A DNA stretch of 64,000 bases from Octopus vulgaris. Lineage: Eukaryota. The position numbers and the translations under genes are program-made. The notes under the pieces are model-generated. The model was not told the origin of the DNA. It did not search any database and was given only the letters and a program-made list of their open reading frames with translations. Within the stretch, counting starts at the first letter, position 1, and each line of letters begins with the position of its first letter. The DNA is taken from NCBI GenBank assembly GCA_951406725.2, contig OX597825.1, positions 60,140,001-60,204,000 of the forward strand. Reading direction: 5' to 3'. Shown here piece by piece: positions 1 to 13,195 of this stretch.

Positions 1-16
1 GTGGAAGCTGTTGTGC

Positions 17-94
17 GCGGCTGAAGAAGGCCACACACATACATTATGCCTTGTTATAAATCTGTCTAATAAAGGCCCGAAACATATGTACCGC
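17..94 (+). ncRNA. Type I hammerhead ribozyme (Penelope-type, minimal stem III)
   Basis: GCGG-CTGAAGA-A-GGCC...GGCC-C-GAAAC-ATAT-GTA-CCGC: stem I GCGG/CCGC, canonical core, 4-bp stem II, palindromic stem III ACATATGT, GUA cleavage triplet. The element ends at (TA)n at about 202. Confidence 0.75.
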
Positions 95-196
95 TGAATC
101 CTTCGCATCATGTTTTTATTTTGATCAATTTACTCCACCACCTACACCACCAAACGGTATACACAGGTGCTTATAATTATCAAGTACTCACCCCGA

Positions 197-259
<63 letters not shown>

Positions 260-342
260 TATGTATATGTATATATATAAAGAGCAAAATAGCTAGTTAT
301 ATAATCTGAAGAGAAAGAGTAGAAGCGTTTTTTTTTAAAAAA

Positions 343-668
343 GGAACACTCCGTCGGTTACGACGACGAGGGTTCCAGCTGATGCGATCAACGGAACAGC
401 TTCCTCGTGAAATTAAAGTACAAGTGAGTGAGTAATCCGCAGACACGTGTACACCAAACGTAGTTCTCAGGGAGATTCAGCGTGACACAAAGTGTGACAA
501 GGCCGGCCCTTTGAAATACAGGTACAACTCATTTTTGCCAGCTGAGTGGACTGGAGCAACGTGAAAATAAAGTGTCTTGCTCAAGGACACAACGCGTCGC
601 CGGGAATTGAACTCACGATCTTACAATCGTGAGCCGAATACCCTAACCACTAAGTCACGCGCCTCCAC
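343..668 (-). mobile_element. tRNA-derived SINE, family A
   Basis: Minus strand begins GTGGAGGCGCGTGACTTAGTGGTTAG (A box)...GAGTTCAATTC (B box), then TGTGTCCTTGAGCAAGACACTT core. Body is homologous to 11224-11484. Confidence 0.85.
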
Positions 669-671
669 GTT

Positions 672-1687
672 AAGCGAGTAACCACATTGAAGTGGCCGAT
701 GAATGTTACTTCTAGTTTAACCACAGGTAGATTCTTCGCCAGCTGGTTTTCGTTGCAAGCTCTGCATTCATTATGTACAATAGATCGCTAGCAGCTGACA
801 AGATTACGGGACCGGCCGGGCTTCATCGATTTGGCCCATGTCGAAACCGGCCGGTACCGCGATCTTACAAACTAAGAAAAATAAAACCTAAAACCTAAAA
901 ATTATTGACTTAAAATAGTTAGCTTCTAAGATATTTATGTTGATTGAGATGTTGAGGAAAACTAAGAAAGCGTGTACACACACACACACTGACACACAGA
1001 CACACACATATAAACAGTGTATAGCCACCTCAAAGTATCAGACTAATGTTACTACCAGTTTAACCCCAGGCGGATTCTCCGCCAGCTGCTTTTCGGTGCA
1101 AGCTCTGCACCCTTTATATAAAATGAATCGCTAGCTGGGGAGCAAAACCCTACTATCCCGCAGCAGCTGACAGGATCGCGGGACCGGCCGGTTGCGAGCT
1201 ATTTGACTCACGTAAGCCGGGCGCACCTGCGCAGTGGAGTGATAGCCAAGATCCGCTTCCGCCAGCGATATATTGTAATGAAAGTAATCAGCCACTGATC
1301 TGGAATAAGTAAAATAGCCAGTTACAAAATCTCAACGAGAGATAGATAAGTAACGTATACTAAATAGTAAAGCGAGTAGCCACATCGAAGTGGCCGATGA
1401 ATGTTACTACTAGTTTAACCCCAGGCGGATTCTCCACCAGCTGGCTTTCGGGGCAAATTCTTCACCCATTATACACAATACATCGTTAGCATCTGACAAG
1501 ATCACGGGACAGGCCGGTTTCGATCTATTTAGCTCACGCCGAAACCGGCCGGTCCCGCGATCCTGTCAGCTGCTGGGGATTAGTAGGTGTTCGTTCTCCT
1601 TGCTAGCGATGTATTTTATATAAAGGGTAAAGAGCTTGCACCGAAAACCAGCTGGCGGAGTATCCACCTGGGGTTAAACGAGTAGTG
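672..1687. repeat. Three diverged copies of a GC-rich foldback (MITE-like) unit; third copy is a complete palindrome (about 1406-1687)
   Basis: Unit AATGTTACTACTAGTTTAACCCCAGGCGGATTCTCC...GGGACCGGCCGG recurs at about 702, 1045 and 1400. The third copy folds back: ACTACTAGTTTAACCCCAGG / CCTGGGGTTAAACGAGTAGT. Confidence 0.8.
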
Positions 1688-3399
1688 TTTGTCGTTTCAT
1701 CAACCTCTTGGCAACCGTCGTTCACCAACCTCTTGACAACCGTTGTTGATTTGTTTAACTGCCCACAATCATGCGTTTCGGCAAGAAAATAACCAACAGA
1801 TAAGTGCCAGTTTTATAAATAAGTACTGCGTGCATATTTGTCCGACTATTCTATCAGGGCCGTATCCCTCTATGGCTGGAGTCCCATTGCTTATGCAAGT
1901 AAAAGATAAACAACAAAACGCTCTCTCTCACACACACAGAGGCGCCCGCAAACACATGTGCGTGCGAGTGTACTTACGTGCGCATGTACGTAAGTACTTA
2001 TTTATGTAAGCCAATGTAGGTAGGTAGGTATGCATAACCATATAAGTGAAAACGAATTTTCCAGTTTCGTTTCTAGCTGATGCTGAATATTTTGTTTTGT
2101 TTTCTGCACAAGTGTAATTCATATCACATCATTTTGCATTTGCAATGTCTATATAACAATTCTCTTTCCTATTCGTAATGCCTACATCATGATTATTCTT
2201 AGTGAATATGTGAACATTACACTTAGATCATGGACTAAATCGAATACCAATTCAATTTACGAAAATAGATTAAGATAATTGCAATATTACAATAATGATA
2301 TCACAATTTTAATAGCTTTTCGAATATAATTAATAATTCTGTAAAATGGTAAAGATCAGAACGTTGGTGAGTATATTGCATGTTTAACACTAAAGCCGAT
2401 AATGCATTTGACGCGAAATTTGTGAGAATTCTAATCGTGACAACTCGGTAACGTGAGTTAGGAGCTTCAAGGAAAACAGTCAAACATCTCTATGGCATGT
2501 GTGAATCGAATTAGGAAATGGAAAACCATTGGCAGTAGATATTCAGATTGAGGAAGGGTTTGGGAAGGAAATTAAGTTTTCCTTCCTGATTCTGACGATT
2601 ACCTGAGTGATATCAATTGTGTTATGTTCAGAGTGATGAAAATTCACTCCAAATAAGTAGTAGAAGTTGACCATAATATGATGTAAGTGATGGGATTAAC
2701 GCCGTGTTCTGATAACAATGAGATTAATGATCTCCTCCTTCTCTTTCTATTCATTCGCATCATAGTTGTAGCTTTAATTGTACGTCAGGTATCATTAATT
2801 CAATTTCCCATTCTCCCGGCCGTCTACTATTTGAAGATATTTTACGGAAGTGCGGTAATTTCCAAATAGGTGATAGTGATAATATACTTCTTCGTGTTAA
2901 TACATGTTCTGAGATTGGTTACAGAGCTATCTAGAAATAACTCAAGCGTCTCTATTTATAATCAAATAAGCTTCATGAACTCGCTCTAATTCAAAATACA
3001 AAACATAATCCGAGAGATTTGCTGGGCATAAGAAATCGTGTAAATAGAATGCAGCACAAATATATTGTAAAATCATGGAGCTGTGAAGAACAATTCAGTA
3101 GTGATCTCCATAAACAAAGAATGTATTGATAGTTCTGAAGAAGATTTACAGAAACACAAGCATTGAATACCCTGTACGATTTAACAAATACAGCTATAAC
3201 ATGACAATTTAAACCAAACATAAATGTTAAAACCTAATAAAAAAAATATAGATGACGCAATGTTAACATTCTTCTATATTTTTGCTTGAAACTAAAATAT
3301 GGATAGTCGGTTTTTGCACCTGAGTTTCTCAAGTCGGGGCCTGCAATACATCAGAATGATGTTTAAGTGAACATCATATGAATTAAACTTGCTACTGAG

Positions 3400-3430
<31 letters not shown>

Positions 3431-4383
3431 ATGTGAAATAGAAAGATGAATAATCTTGTAGTAGATTAATCAAAAGTTTAACCGATACCTTAGTAGCAAA
3501 AATCACAGCAGTAAAACAGCACGGTTGGAGGTACAACCATATGGTGTTGCAACCGTGCGTTGGTGCGGATAATTGAAATTAGAACATTATTGGTGAATTG
3601 AAGAAATGGAGCTGAACGCAGATTGAACAGAAATCGTTTTATTTCATTCTACACGTGTTTCGAAAGGCACAAATTACCAAAATCCGATGGAATAATGGGA
3701 CCATATTGTGTCTTTCTCTTCAGGAAGAAAATAGGAAATCCGTTGGAAAACAAAAACAGAACAGAGGCGGAGCAAAAACAAATCGAACTATGCTCCTAAG
3801 AGCCCATGGCGAAACTGTTTATCAGTGTATGTTGAGAACCGGTGGCTGAAGAATTCAACGGGTCAGGCATCGGTCAATCATGTGGGTGAGGGGGCGTAGA
3901 TGTTCTTTGTGACCGAGAATAAAGTTCTAACTATTTAAGGAATATTGGATGTTTTATAAGGGGCGAGAAAAAATCTACTTAGAGACGTGTGTGTGTATAC
4001 TGTTCTATATACGTGTGTGTTGGCGTAGGGGTAGAAAACATTTTTTGTGTACGTGTGTGCGTTTGATCGTTCGGCTGTCAGTGGCTACTGCCGTGATGAC
4101 CGTTGGGTGGCAGAAAAAAAAAATATATATCATGTTTTATGTGTGTGTGTGTTCTCATCTAAGCCTGCCTTGTCAAGGGGACCCCCCGCTGTGAAAAAAC
4201 CAAGCCCCGTTTGTCTTACAGGAGTAATTCCCCTTGCAGTGGTTAATCGTAGATATCTTAAAGGCTATTTCAGAATTTGTTACCAAGGGCTATGGGTGCC
4301 GGTATTATTTATAAACGCTATTTAAAAGCCAGATAAGTGTAACGCCGCCAATGGGGGCATCGAAAAGCCGACTGTAAAAGCCC

Positions 4384-4387
<4 letters not shown>
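3431..4387 (-). mobile_element. Non-coding HHR-bearing (Penelope-type) element between (TA)n runs
   Basis: Bounded by TA runs, contains a canonical HHR, and is flanked by a 42-bp direct duplication (3359-3400 / 4421-4462). Confidence 0.65.
3642..3730 (-). ncRNA. Type I hammerhead ribozyme, canonical
   Basis: Minus strand TTTCTTC-CTGAAGA-GAAAGACACAA...TTGTGCCTTTC-GAAAC-ACGT-GTA-GAATGAAA: 11-bp stem II (1 mismatch), palindromic stem III ACACGTGT, stem I with one bulge. Confidence 0.85.
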
Positions 4388-4422
<35 letters not shown>

Positions 4423-6380
4423 GTTTAAGTGAACATCATGTGAATTAAACTTGCTACTGAGTATTATATATATATATATATATATACATATAATAAAATA
4501 CAAGATGGGACAAGAACGGAAAACAAAAGATCCAGATAGACGATACAAAAAAAAAACAAGGACGGGTCATTCGAAGCCGTTTATCTTCAGTCAAAAACTA
4601 GATCATCCTCGCAATTTCAGCTGATTAATCTTGAGATTGCTGCAATCTGGCCAGCCCAGGGAAAAACTAAGCTAAGAGCATTAGATTCCTTGGGAAAAAA
4701 AACATCGAATGTATACGAAAACAAGGACATGGATGACTTGCTGAAAGAGATGTTGCAAATAATCAAGCCTAAAACCTACCTAAGACCCACAAATAAAAAT
4801 GATACAAAAAAAATCGACGTTTAACGTTCATTGCAGTTTTGGATGTAAAGTTATTTAGTTTATATCAGAACGAAAGCTCATTAATATTAATATTAGGGCT
4901 GCTAATAGGTAAGCACTCTTTAGATTTCATATATGTGTATGCTATTAAGTATTTTATGAAATTAGTCTGTGTTTTGTTTTCATTTTACTGAAATAGCGGA
5001 GAAATACATGGTGATATATTTATATGTCTCCTCCTGTCCTGACTCAGACACGTTGCACAAAGTATAGTTGAGTAGGTTACTAGAAGTGCGAGGAAAAATC
5101 TTTGACAACGAAATCAAAATTATAATGATAATAAAGCTGAAGTGAAGACCAAATATATAGTGCGTGTGTTTAATTGGCAAAATATGAACACCTCCAAGTA
5201 TAACTATATCGGTTTCAACACACGATTTCACATCAGGAATCTTGCTAAACAAATACATAAGCGTAATGATCAATATTTGTTTTGACTCAATACAAATACC
5301 TAGAAAATGTTTCAATTTTCACCGTTCTCCACTTACAATAGTATTTATTCATTTCAATCGATTTTTTTACAAAGTTGTTTATAAAGGTAAACATTGAAGA
5401 CTGTTGGACATACAAGCCTATACAACACAGACAATTCCATTTCATACTAAAGTAATGTCTAGTTATTTATAAAGCAAGAATGCAGTTGCAATTTACACTT
5501 TGTGGATGTTTCAAAACATCGCGTACAAAAGTCTTTGTTATATTTCATGTATACACGCACTCTCACTCCCAAAACACACTTTCAAACCTAAAAACACACA
5601 AACAGTCATTCGCACACAAAAAGCAATCATATGCAAACAATCATATGCATACTAGATTTTCACAAAAGATACGCTTAAACTCAAACCCTCACACTCACTG
5701 AAACACAACACAGACTTTCATACCGAAACACACACACACACAAAACACTTTCTCTCACACAAATACACGTATATAAAAATTATTTTCACAAATAAATATA
5801 CACACATATTTGAATATCGCTCATAAAATACATACAGAGTGACCCATTTAGCCACACGCTTACACAAATACAGTCATACGAGTAATAATAAGTAAACAAA
5901 TATAAGTTTAATATATGCGCATCATATACACATAAATAGATATTTTCTCTTATATACACATACACTAAGATATCTACTCTGTCATCTCCTGAACAAGGAT
6001 ACGCAACAGCATATGTAAGAACGCATGCATATACAGAAACAAGCACACGCTGACGTAAAAACATATACAAAACTATTACACGTCTTCATGCACACACATA
6101 AACAAACACTTGAAATCAATGGAATGAATCACCACATTCTCGTATTTTTCAAATCGCTTCTTTTCCACAGTTTGGTGGATACTCTCATCTGCAAACGCTA
6201 GACTAGGAAGAAGACTTATTGTAAATGTCATTATGAATTTTCGAGGGGAAAATACTGGCACTGACAAAGTTGCAACGGTAATATATATATGGAACAATAT
6301 ATTACACCGAATGCTAAATATAGAAATATTGTTTAATTATTTACATTTGATGGATATTTGTCCTTATCGTGTTTGCATTT

Positions 6381-6426
6381 AACACAACGTTTCGGCTGAT
6401 ATACCCTCCAGCCTTTATCAGGTGTC
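6381..6426 (-). ncRNA. Minimal hammerhead ribozyme, G8A variant (probably inactive copy)
   Basis: GACAC-CTGATAA-A-GGCTG-gagggtatat-CAGCC-GAAACGTT-GTGTT. Stems I and II are intact; stem III is the loopless palindrome ACGT. Confidence 0.7.
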
Positions 6427-6474
6427 TTGGGGAAAATTCGAACGTGGGTTCTCACTCCTAAGGTATTTTTTCGA

Positions 6475-6705
<231 letters not shown>

Positions 6706-6904
6706 CCAGTAGTTTGATTTTTGTAGAGTGCTTTCACTTCACTACCGAGCGCAGGTCTGAATATTTTTTATCATACCTATTGAGCCTACTATGATAGGAA
6801 TCGTCTCTGTTTTTAGATTCCACATTCGAGTTACCTGTATTTCCAGGTTTTGTATTTTGAAAGTTTCCCCATTTCTTTTAGAGAAACGTTGTCATCTGCT
6901 GGTG

Positions 6905-6906
<2 letters not shown>
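6706..6906 (-). mobile_element. 5'-truncated R4/Dong-like non-LTR fragment (restriction-like endonuclease C-terminus) inside (TAA)n
   Basis: Minus strand translates PPADDNVSLKEMGKLSKYK/LEIQVTRMWNLKTETIPIIVGSIGMIK (one frameshift); TAA runs on both sides. Confidence 0.75.
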
Positions 6907-6949
<43 letters not shown>

Positions 6950-7806
6950 TCACTGCCTGGAATCGAACTCGGAATCTTGGGGTTAGTAGGCCGTGCTCGT
7001 AAACACTACGCCAAACAAGATGAGGACAAATATCCGTCAAATGTAAATAGTGTACATAATTCCTCATCTCTTAAATATAGAACTGGAGAAATATTGTTAA
7101 TCTTGAATGCGTCTCCCATCAAACAAACAATCCATTTTACGTTTTTTTTAAATGGTATTTTGCAATCTGTCCGTGTTTAATTAAGATGGTGGAATTGTAT
7201 CTGTGGGCTTGGTAGCAAAGTTTTCTGGAAGTTTTATATTCTACAATCGTGGTTCGGAGAATAGGTGTAAAACTTAACAAGTTTGTTTGCCATTCCTACA
7301 GAGGTGCCATGTACTTTTTTCTGTATCTGTCCAATTTTAGAATATGTAATGTATTATCAAATTTACTTTCAAGAATTATCTCTACAACCTATGTTTTGCT
7401 ATACACACTGGCAATTACTTATTTCATAAACATTACTGTGTCACATTCCGTATTATTCACATTAAGTATGGAGTTTATGATATAAATCGAAATACATTTC
7501 AGTGAAAGGGTTCATAATATTTGGAAGTGAAGAAAGAAACCGTTCAAATGTAATTGTAGAGCTTTGATGGAAAACAGGGAACGAGGGAGGAAGAAAGGTG
7601 GGAGCAGAAAATCTATATTCCATCAAAGAATATCAGTATTACCTTCAATATAAAAAAGAACTGTATTCTAGAAATTTCCTATATTTATATAGTTGTCGAT
7701 CTAAACAGTTGCCCTGCTTTATACTACGTCTGGTTGTTAACTAGCTTTAGAACAGGTCAATTTATTGCAAGCATTTAAATCAAAACTTTTGGTATTAATT
7801 CGATAT

Positions 7807-8640
7807 ACAGGGTGTTTGGAATAAATTTGACGATATTCTATGTCTCCTCTGTTCAGTCAACAGCGTGAACAGTCAACAGCGTTGGGGAGAATATAAAGAT
7901 GAAGGTTGTTGTGGGGAAAAAAGTTGGATGGCATGGTACACTGAAGATTTGAAATGTGAAGATTTGAAAGGAGTTACCTGCATAATGATTATTCGCGTAG
8001 AGTATCGCACAGAGTATCGCGCAGTGTAAAGACTGTAAGATGTGACATGGACATCTTGAAAACCAAGTTCTTTCAAACTACAACAGTCTTTGTTCATATC
8101 TTCAGTGCAGGTAACTTCAATCCACGCCGCATCTTAGTACAGGGCCTGAGGGTCAACTCTGAGGGACAGCTATGTGAAGCTATTGGAGACTGGTGAATCC
8201 CTGGCCACCGAAGGTTGACGCTGGCATCAGAACTCGACTCCTTGCCATACCTTCAGGATGAGAGTGAAGTTGCTGTCGAAGAATTGATACAACTTCGCCA
8301 GCCTCAGTTTCTCTTCTCTTAATTCACCCCATTTTAGTCTCATGGATTACGATGAGTGGGGCTCAATGAGAAAGACACCAACCACCCTGCCTTCAAAATC
8401 AAGGCCGGCGTAGTGGCAAAGATCAAGAAGGTGTTCGAAGATCTTCTCAGGGGCACATAGAGAATCACACGCACTTGGTTCAGCAGCTGTCTTGATGACG
8501 TGGTAGAAGCTGAGGGCAGCTAATTTGAGTAAACTGTTATCTCTGGTTAATAATTAAGCCGACATGTTTTAGATTTTTTTAAATACTTTTAGTTTAAGTT
8601 CCTTTTAGCAAGCTGTCAAATGCAGCCCCGAAAATTCTCT
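7807..8640 (+). mobile_element. Decayed Tc1/mariner-superfamily transposon
   Basis: Starts TA|CAGGGTGTTTGGAATAAATTTGAC. About 8320-8535 gives degenerate SP....MDY..WG and KIKKVF...VVEAEGS*FE*, typical of the transposase C-terminus. Confidence 0.6.
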
Positions 8641-9553
8641 ACTTGTCCTGCTCTGTTTACTGCAATAATATATAAGTCGTGTTTGGTTTTCTTTCCCCTT
8701 CTTCATCGGATCTCAGAGGCTATGAAAACGCCATAGGTAATTCTTATCCTCGTTTAATTACGATATGGTGGAAAATTCCCCCATACAGGAAACCTTATGT
8801 TTATATGACTGCAGCAAAGTGCGGAAATGAAATTATGGCACTGTCAAGAACATTAGCAACTAAAGTGAATTAAAATATAACTTAGGAGCAATCGAAAGCC
8901 ATATCGAGAACCCCGTTAACCGAGAGGTTATCTGTCCAGCGCTAGACATAACTACTTATAGCACAGAAGCGCTCACACATATTTCAGATAATATTGAGAG
9001 TGTACACAGGCGCAAAACTTCATGTGAAGTAAATATAATTCCGTGACCTTTGTGATTTTTCTCAAAGCGATGCAGTCAAACATCAAATGTCCGTATTTCA
9101 TGCTTCACCATTTGTAATCAGCTGTATTGATCAATAGGCGATTCACACTTTTGATTTCAAGAGAGACAGGAAATGACATTGTGTAACGTTCACGCCTTTC
9201 CGAAGAACATTAACGTCGTAATTAACGTGAAAGGTCCACAAGAGGGTAAGCTATTGTCTCGCTTTACTAGGTGTGTATATGTTTGTGTGTACGTGTGTGC
9301 TGTGTGTATGTGTGTGCGTGGATATCTGTGTGTATCGATCAAAATGTGTTCTTTACAACTTTATGTATGTTAATCAGTATGTGTGTATCTTTTTATGTGC
9401 GTGTGTTCTTCCTCTCAGAATTTACTCTGCACTCATCGTACTTCGTATGGGTGTATACAAACACACACACACATACACATATATATGAATATATATTTAC
9501 ACACAACACATACACACACACACGCATATATATATATATACATATGCACACAT

Positions 9554-9622
<69 letters not shown>

Positions 9623-10535
9623 CAAAGTATACTAAAGTGTACATGTATATATATCTGTGTGGGTGTATATATATATATAAGTTATATCAAAACTTGGATA
9701 CGTCGGCATTTTGGTGTACATAAAAAATATGATGAAGATACTTTAATGCATTTCTAATGAACAGTAAACGCAAGACCACCAAGTACAAGAATAGTTGATT
9801 TAGTTCGCTAGAAGCTACTTACAATTATTATAAAACAGTACGTGAAACATCTGTATATTCATTGATTGCATGCATTAAATATCGCCTCTATAGCTTTATG
9901 GTAAATTTCACTGAACTGAACCTTGTATACGGACATTACGTACTCTGTAAGAAAATATTTGGACCTTAGACAAGTAATGATATTTGAAGTCTGTGACATA
10001 AGAACAAAGACATCTAAATAGTTAAATAGTAAGGTGAACTTTATTGCATGGGTATGTTGAAAAGCATAATGAATACAGGTGCCATTTCGATTTAGATCAC
10101 AGCTGAATTGACCACACACCTTAATAACATTTAATTCAATGTTCCATCAGTTTGTGTCACCTCACTTCAGCCTGTAGTGTAACACATACATTCCTGTCTT
10201 TTACTCTCATTCTCTCGACTGTCTCCTGAATATCCTTTAATACGTTGTCCAATAATTTTCTGCAGATTTCGCACTGATATGCAAATGTTCTAGATGGCGT
10301 CAAAAAGCATTGTAACAGTCTATGTATATATTAGAGTTAATTGGTATATGAGGGTATATGACTAACATACACGCATACAATCAAGCGAGTTTAGACAAGG
10401 TAACTATGGAGCATCAAAAGCCCATATATACATAAACATACTCAAATATGTGTGTGCGTGTGCTTGTGTCTATGTATGTATATATAAACAACAACAATAA
10501 TGACAATAATATATATGTATATAGAGACATACATA

Positions 10536-10602
<67 letters not shown>

Positions 10603-10755
10603 TTATGATAGATAATGGTGTCAGTAAGACACACAAGGTGTAAAGTAATGCTTAGTAAGTGCTATGTATAGACCATAGTTACGCTCCAGGTTCGGTGATT
10701 ATGCAAATAAGGAGGCCAACGTAGGTCATATATCAGCGTGTGCATATATAATTTT

Positions 10756-11099
10756 TTTTCAGAATGAGATAAAAAACCAAGGCTGTGAAGATTTTGGAAC
10801 AGTTATAAATAGGTCTTACGGTTGTTTCCAGGATATTTTTTTATATCCTTGATATACAGGGATAGTGCATATGCAGGGATATTGCATATGCAGGGATATT
10901 GCATATCCCACATCTATTTTCATTCCTCCACTTCACTCTCTATTTCGTATCTTATCTAAATTAACTATTACTTAACCTTTTTCTCACACCGTCTTCGATG
11001 AAGGAATGCAATAATTACCCCGGAAACAGCTGTAAGACCTACTATTCATAAATGCTCTAAAATTTTCACAGCCTTGGTTTTTTTATCTCATTCTGAAAA
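10756..11099 (+). mobile_element. Short element with inverted termini (inverted pLTR-like) carrying a variant HHR
   Basis: About 75-bp imperfect inverted arms (10756-10831 / 11021-11099), TA-rich flanks, and an internal GCATATGCAGGGATATT tandem repeat. Confidence 0.7.
10991..11038 (+). ncRNA. Variant hammerhead (core TCGATGA)
   Basis: GTCT-TCGATGA-AGG...CCG-GAAAC-AGCT-GTA-AGAC. Stem I and palindromic stem III are intact; stem II is weak. Confidence 0.55.
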
Positions 11100-11223
11100 C
11101 AGATTTATATATGTATATATATAATACACATTCACACATATACAAACAAATATATGCTCATATCTGCCTGTGCTAATGCATGTGTATTAATACATGCATT
11201 ATATATCTATAGTCCTCTTTAGC

Positions 11224-11484
11224 GTGAAGGCGACGCATTATCTCCTTGAGAAAATACTTTATTTCATATTGCTCCAGTCCTCTCTGCTGGCAAAAATGAG
11301 TAGCACTTGTACTTCAAATGGCCAGTCTTGTCACACTCTGTGTCACACTGAATCTCCCTGAGAACTACGTTAAGGATACGCGTGTCTGTAGAGTGCTCAG
11401 CCATTTGCGCGTTAATTTAAGGAGCAGGCTGTTCCGTTGATCGGATCAGATGGAACCCTCGTTGTCGTAATCGACGGCGTGTCA
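11224..11484 (+). mobile_element. SINE family A, head partly deleted
   Basis: Homologous to 343-668 (CTGAATCTCCCTGAGAACTACG, GGAACCCTCGT..TCGTAA). Confidence 0.8.
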
Positions 11485-11794
11485 CTTCTCTTTAAAACCA
11501 ATAAAACAACAACTGAGAAAAATGAAACTCTTATATATTGAGTATAACATTTTAAGAGGTAGACAAAAATATCTAAAGTATAGAATGAGTTTAATCGGTA
11601 ACCTACAGATAGTACTCAAGAGTTCTTTAATTGTAGGACTCTTATCTTCTTTAACTGTAGGACTCTTGTGTTAAATTTGAAAATATAATACATTACTTCG
11701 AACAAATTAATTAGCGTACAATATAAGCGCGAGGAATTTTGCTTTTAATATCCGATCGGTGTTACGTGTGTGCTACGTCTGTCAATCGAGTTAT

Positions 11795-11810
11795 ATCTAT
11801 CTATCTATCA

Positions 11811-11909
<99 letters not shown>

Positions 11910-11958
11910 ATGTGTATGTATGTATGTATGTATGTATGTATGTATGTATGTATGTATG
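11795..11958. repeat. (ATCT)n + (ATGT)n compound microsatellite
   Basis: Direct reading. Confidence 0.97.
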
Positions 11959-12334
11959 TCTGAATGTATATATGTATGTATATGATCATGCACGTTAGAT
12001 ATGTGAATGGATATGTACCTAAATATATGAGATTGTGTGAATGAGTATGAGCATTTAACGGTTCATACCAGTTCAACAATGTGTGCACATTCTGTATTCT
12101 TGTCAGAGTACCGAACCTACCCTCAAGCAATTGCTTCGAATAATCTTTGTCCTTCAAAAACAGCACGTGTTACTTACAGATTGTTACTTCATATTTATGT
12201 TGATTTATATTATGAAATAAATTTTTATTGATCTAATATTGCAGAAATTATTTTAAAGAGTTTGTAAAAACATAGTGTAATATCTATATATAAAAAAAAT
12301 GGAGTTCTGTCGCTTACAAAAATAAAACTCTAAA

Positions 12335-12706
12335 TGATAGAACTGGGCGCCACTGCATATTGCCAAGGACTCCAAATTTGCCATCAAGATGTAGGAGAAG
12401 ATACTGCAATCGTCTGGGCTTCAGGTCTTCAATATCCCCCTGAAGGACCTGAGAGACCTGCATGGGGTGGATGTAGGTGTCTTCAAAATCAAGCTGGACC
12501 TCTTCCTGTCAGGTGTCCCAGATGAACCAACTTTGCGTCAGGAGGTGCAGATGAGGGCAGCGGCATCAAACTCTCTCATGCACCAAACGTCACTTCCTAA
12601 AAAAGCATTCGTGAAGTAAAATCATGTAGCAATACGAAATGCCGGTGCCCCAGCATGGCCACAGGTCGTGAGCTGAAACTAGATAAAATAAAAAAATAAA
12701 AAATAA
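12335..12706 (+). mobile_element. CR1-like LINE 3' fragment
   Basis: Translates FNIPLKDLRDLHGVDVGVFKIKLDLFLSGVPDEP...RAAASNSL. 3' end is GGTGCCCCAGCATGGCCACAG..CTGAAAC plus an A-rich (ATAAAA)n tail. Confidence 0.75.
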
Positions 12707-12789
12707 AGCTAATAACAGCGTGGGTATCATGTTTCTCAAACCGGCGAAGTTTAGTGTAATGTCCTCTTCTCATAGCACATACAGGATCT

Positions 12790-13195
12790 TTTATCTTTTA
12801 CATGTTTCAGTCATGGTGCTGCAGTCATTGTGAATCAGCGCTTTGAAGAGTTTTAGTCGAACGAATTCACTCAGTTTACTTTTTTAAACCGGGTAATTCA
12901 TCAGTGAGTGACTTATGACAGACTGCTAAGTTACGAGGACGTAAATAAACCAACACCAAGGGTGGAAAAGAAGCAGAGACACATAGACACCCCAACACGC
13001 ACAGTTAAATATGCATGAATATACATATATTTAAACACACACGTACACATACACACACATACACGAGCACACATCTTTCATTATCCGTCAACCAAATCCA
13101 CTCATAGGGCTTTGGTAGGCCTGCGATTGTAGTAGACTACATGTGCCATGTAGTAGGACTGAACCTGAAACCATGTGCTTGTGAATCAAACTTAA
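12790..13195 (-). mobile_element. SINE family B, diverged
   Basis: Homologous to 17745-18122 (ACCAAATCCACTCA.., GGACTGAACC). Confidence 0.7.

Noticed and set aside
794-862. CTGACAA...GAAACCGGCCGGTACCGC as an HHR
   Set aside because: A by-product of the foldback element's symmetry; no consistent stems I and II.
4495-4730. TA-adjacent element with CTGAAGA on the minus strand
   Set aside because: Probably a repeat, but GAAA and the stems are not in hammerhead order, so no ribozyme call.
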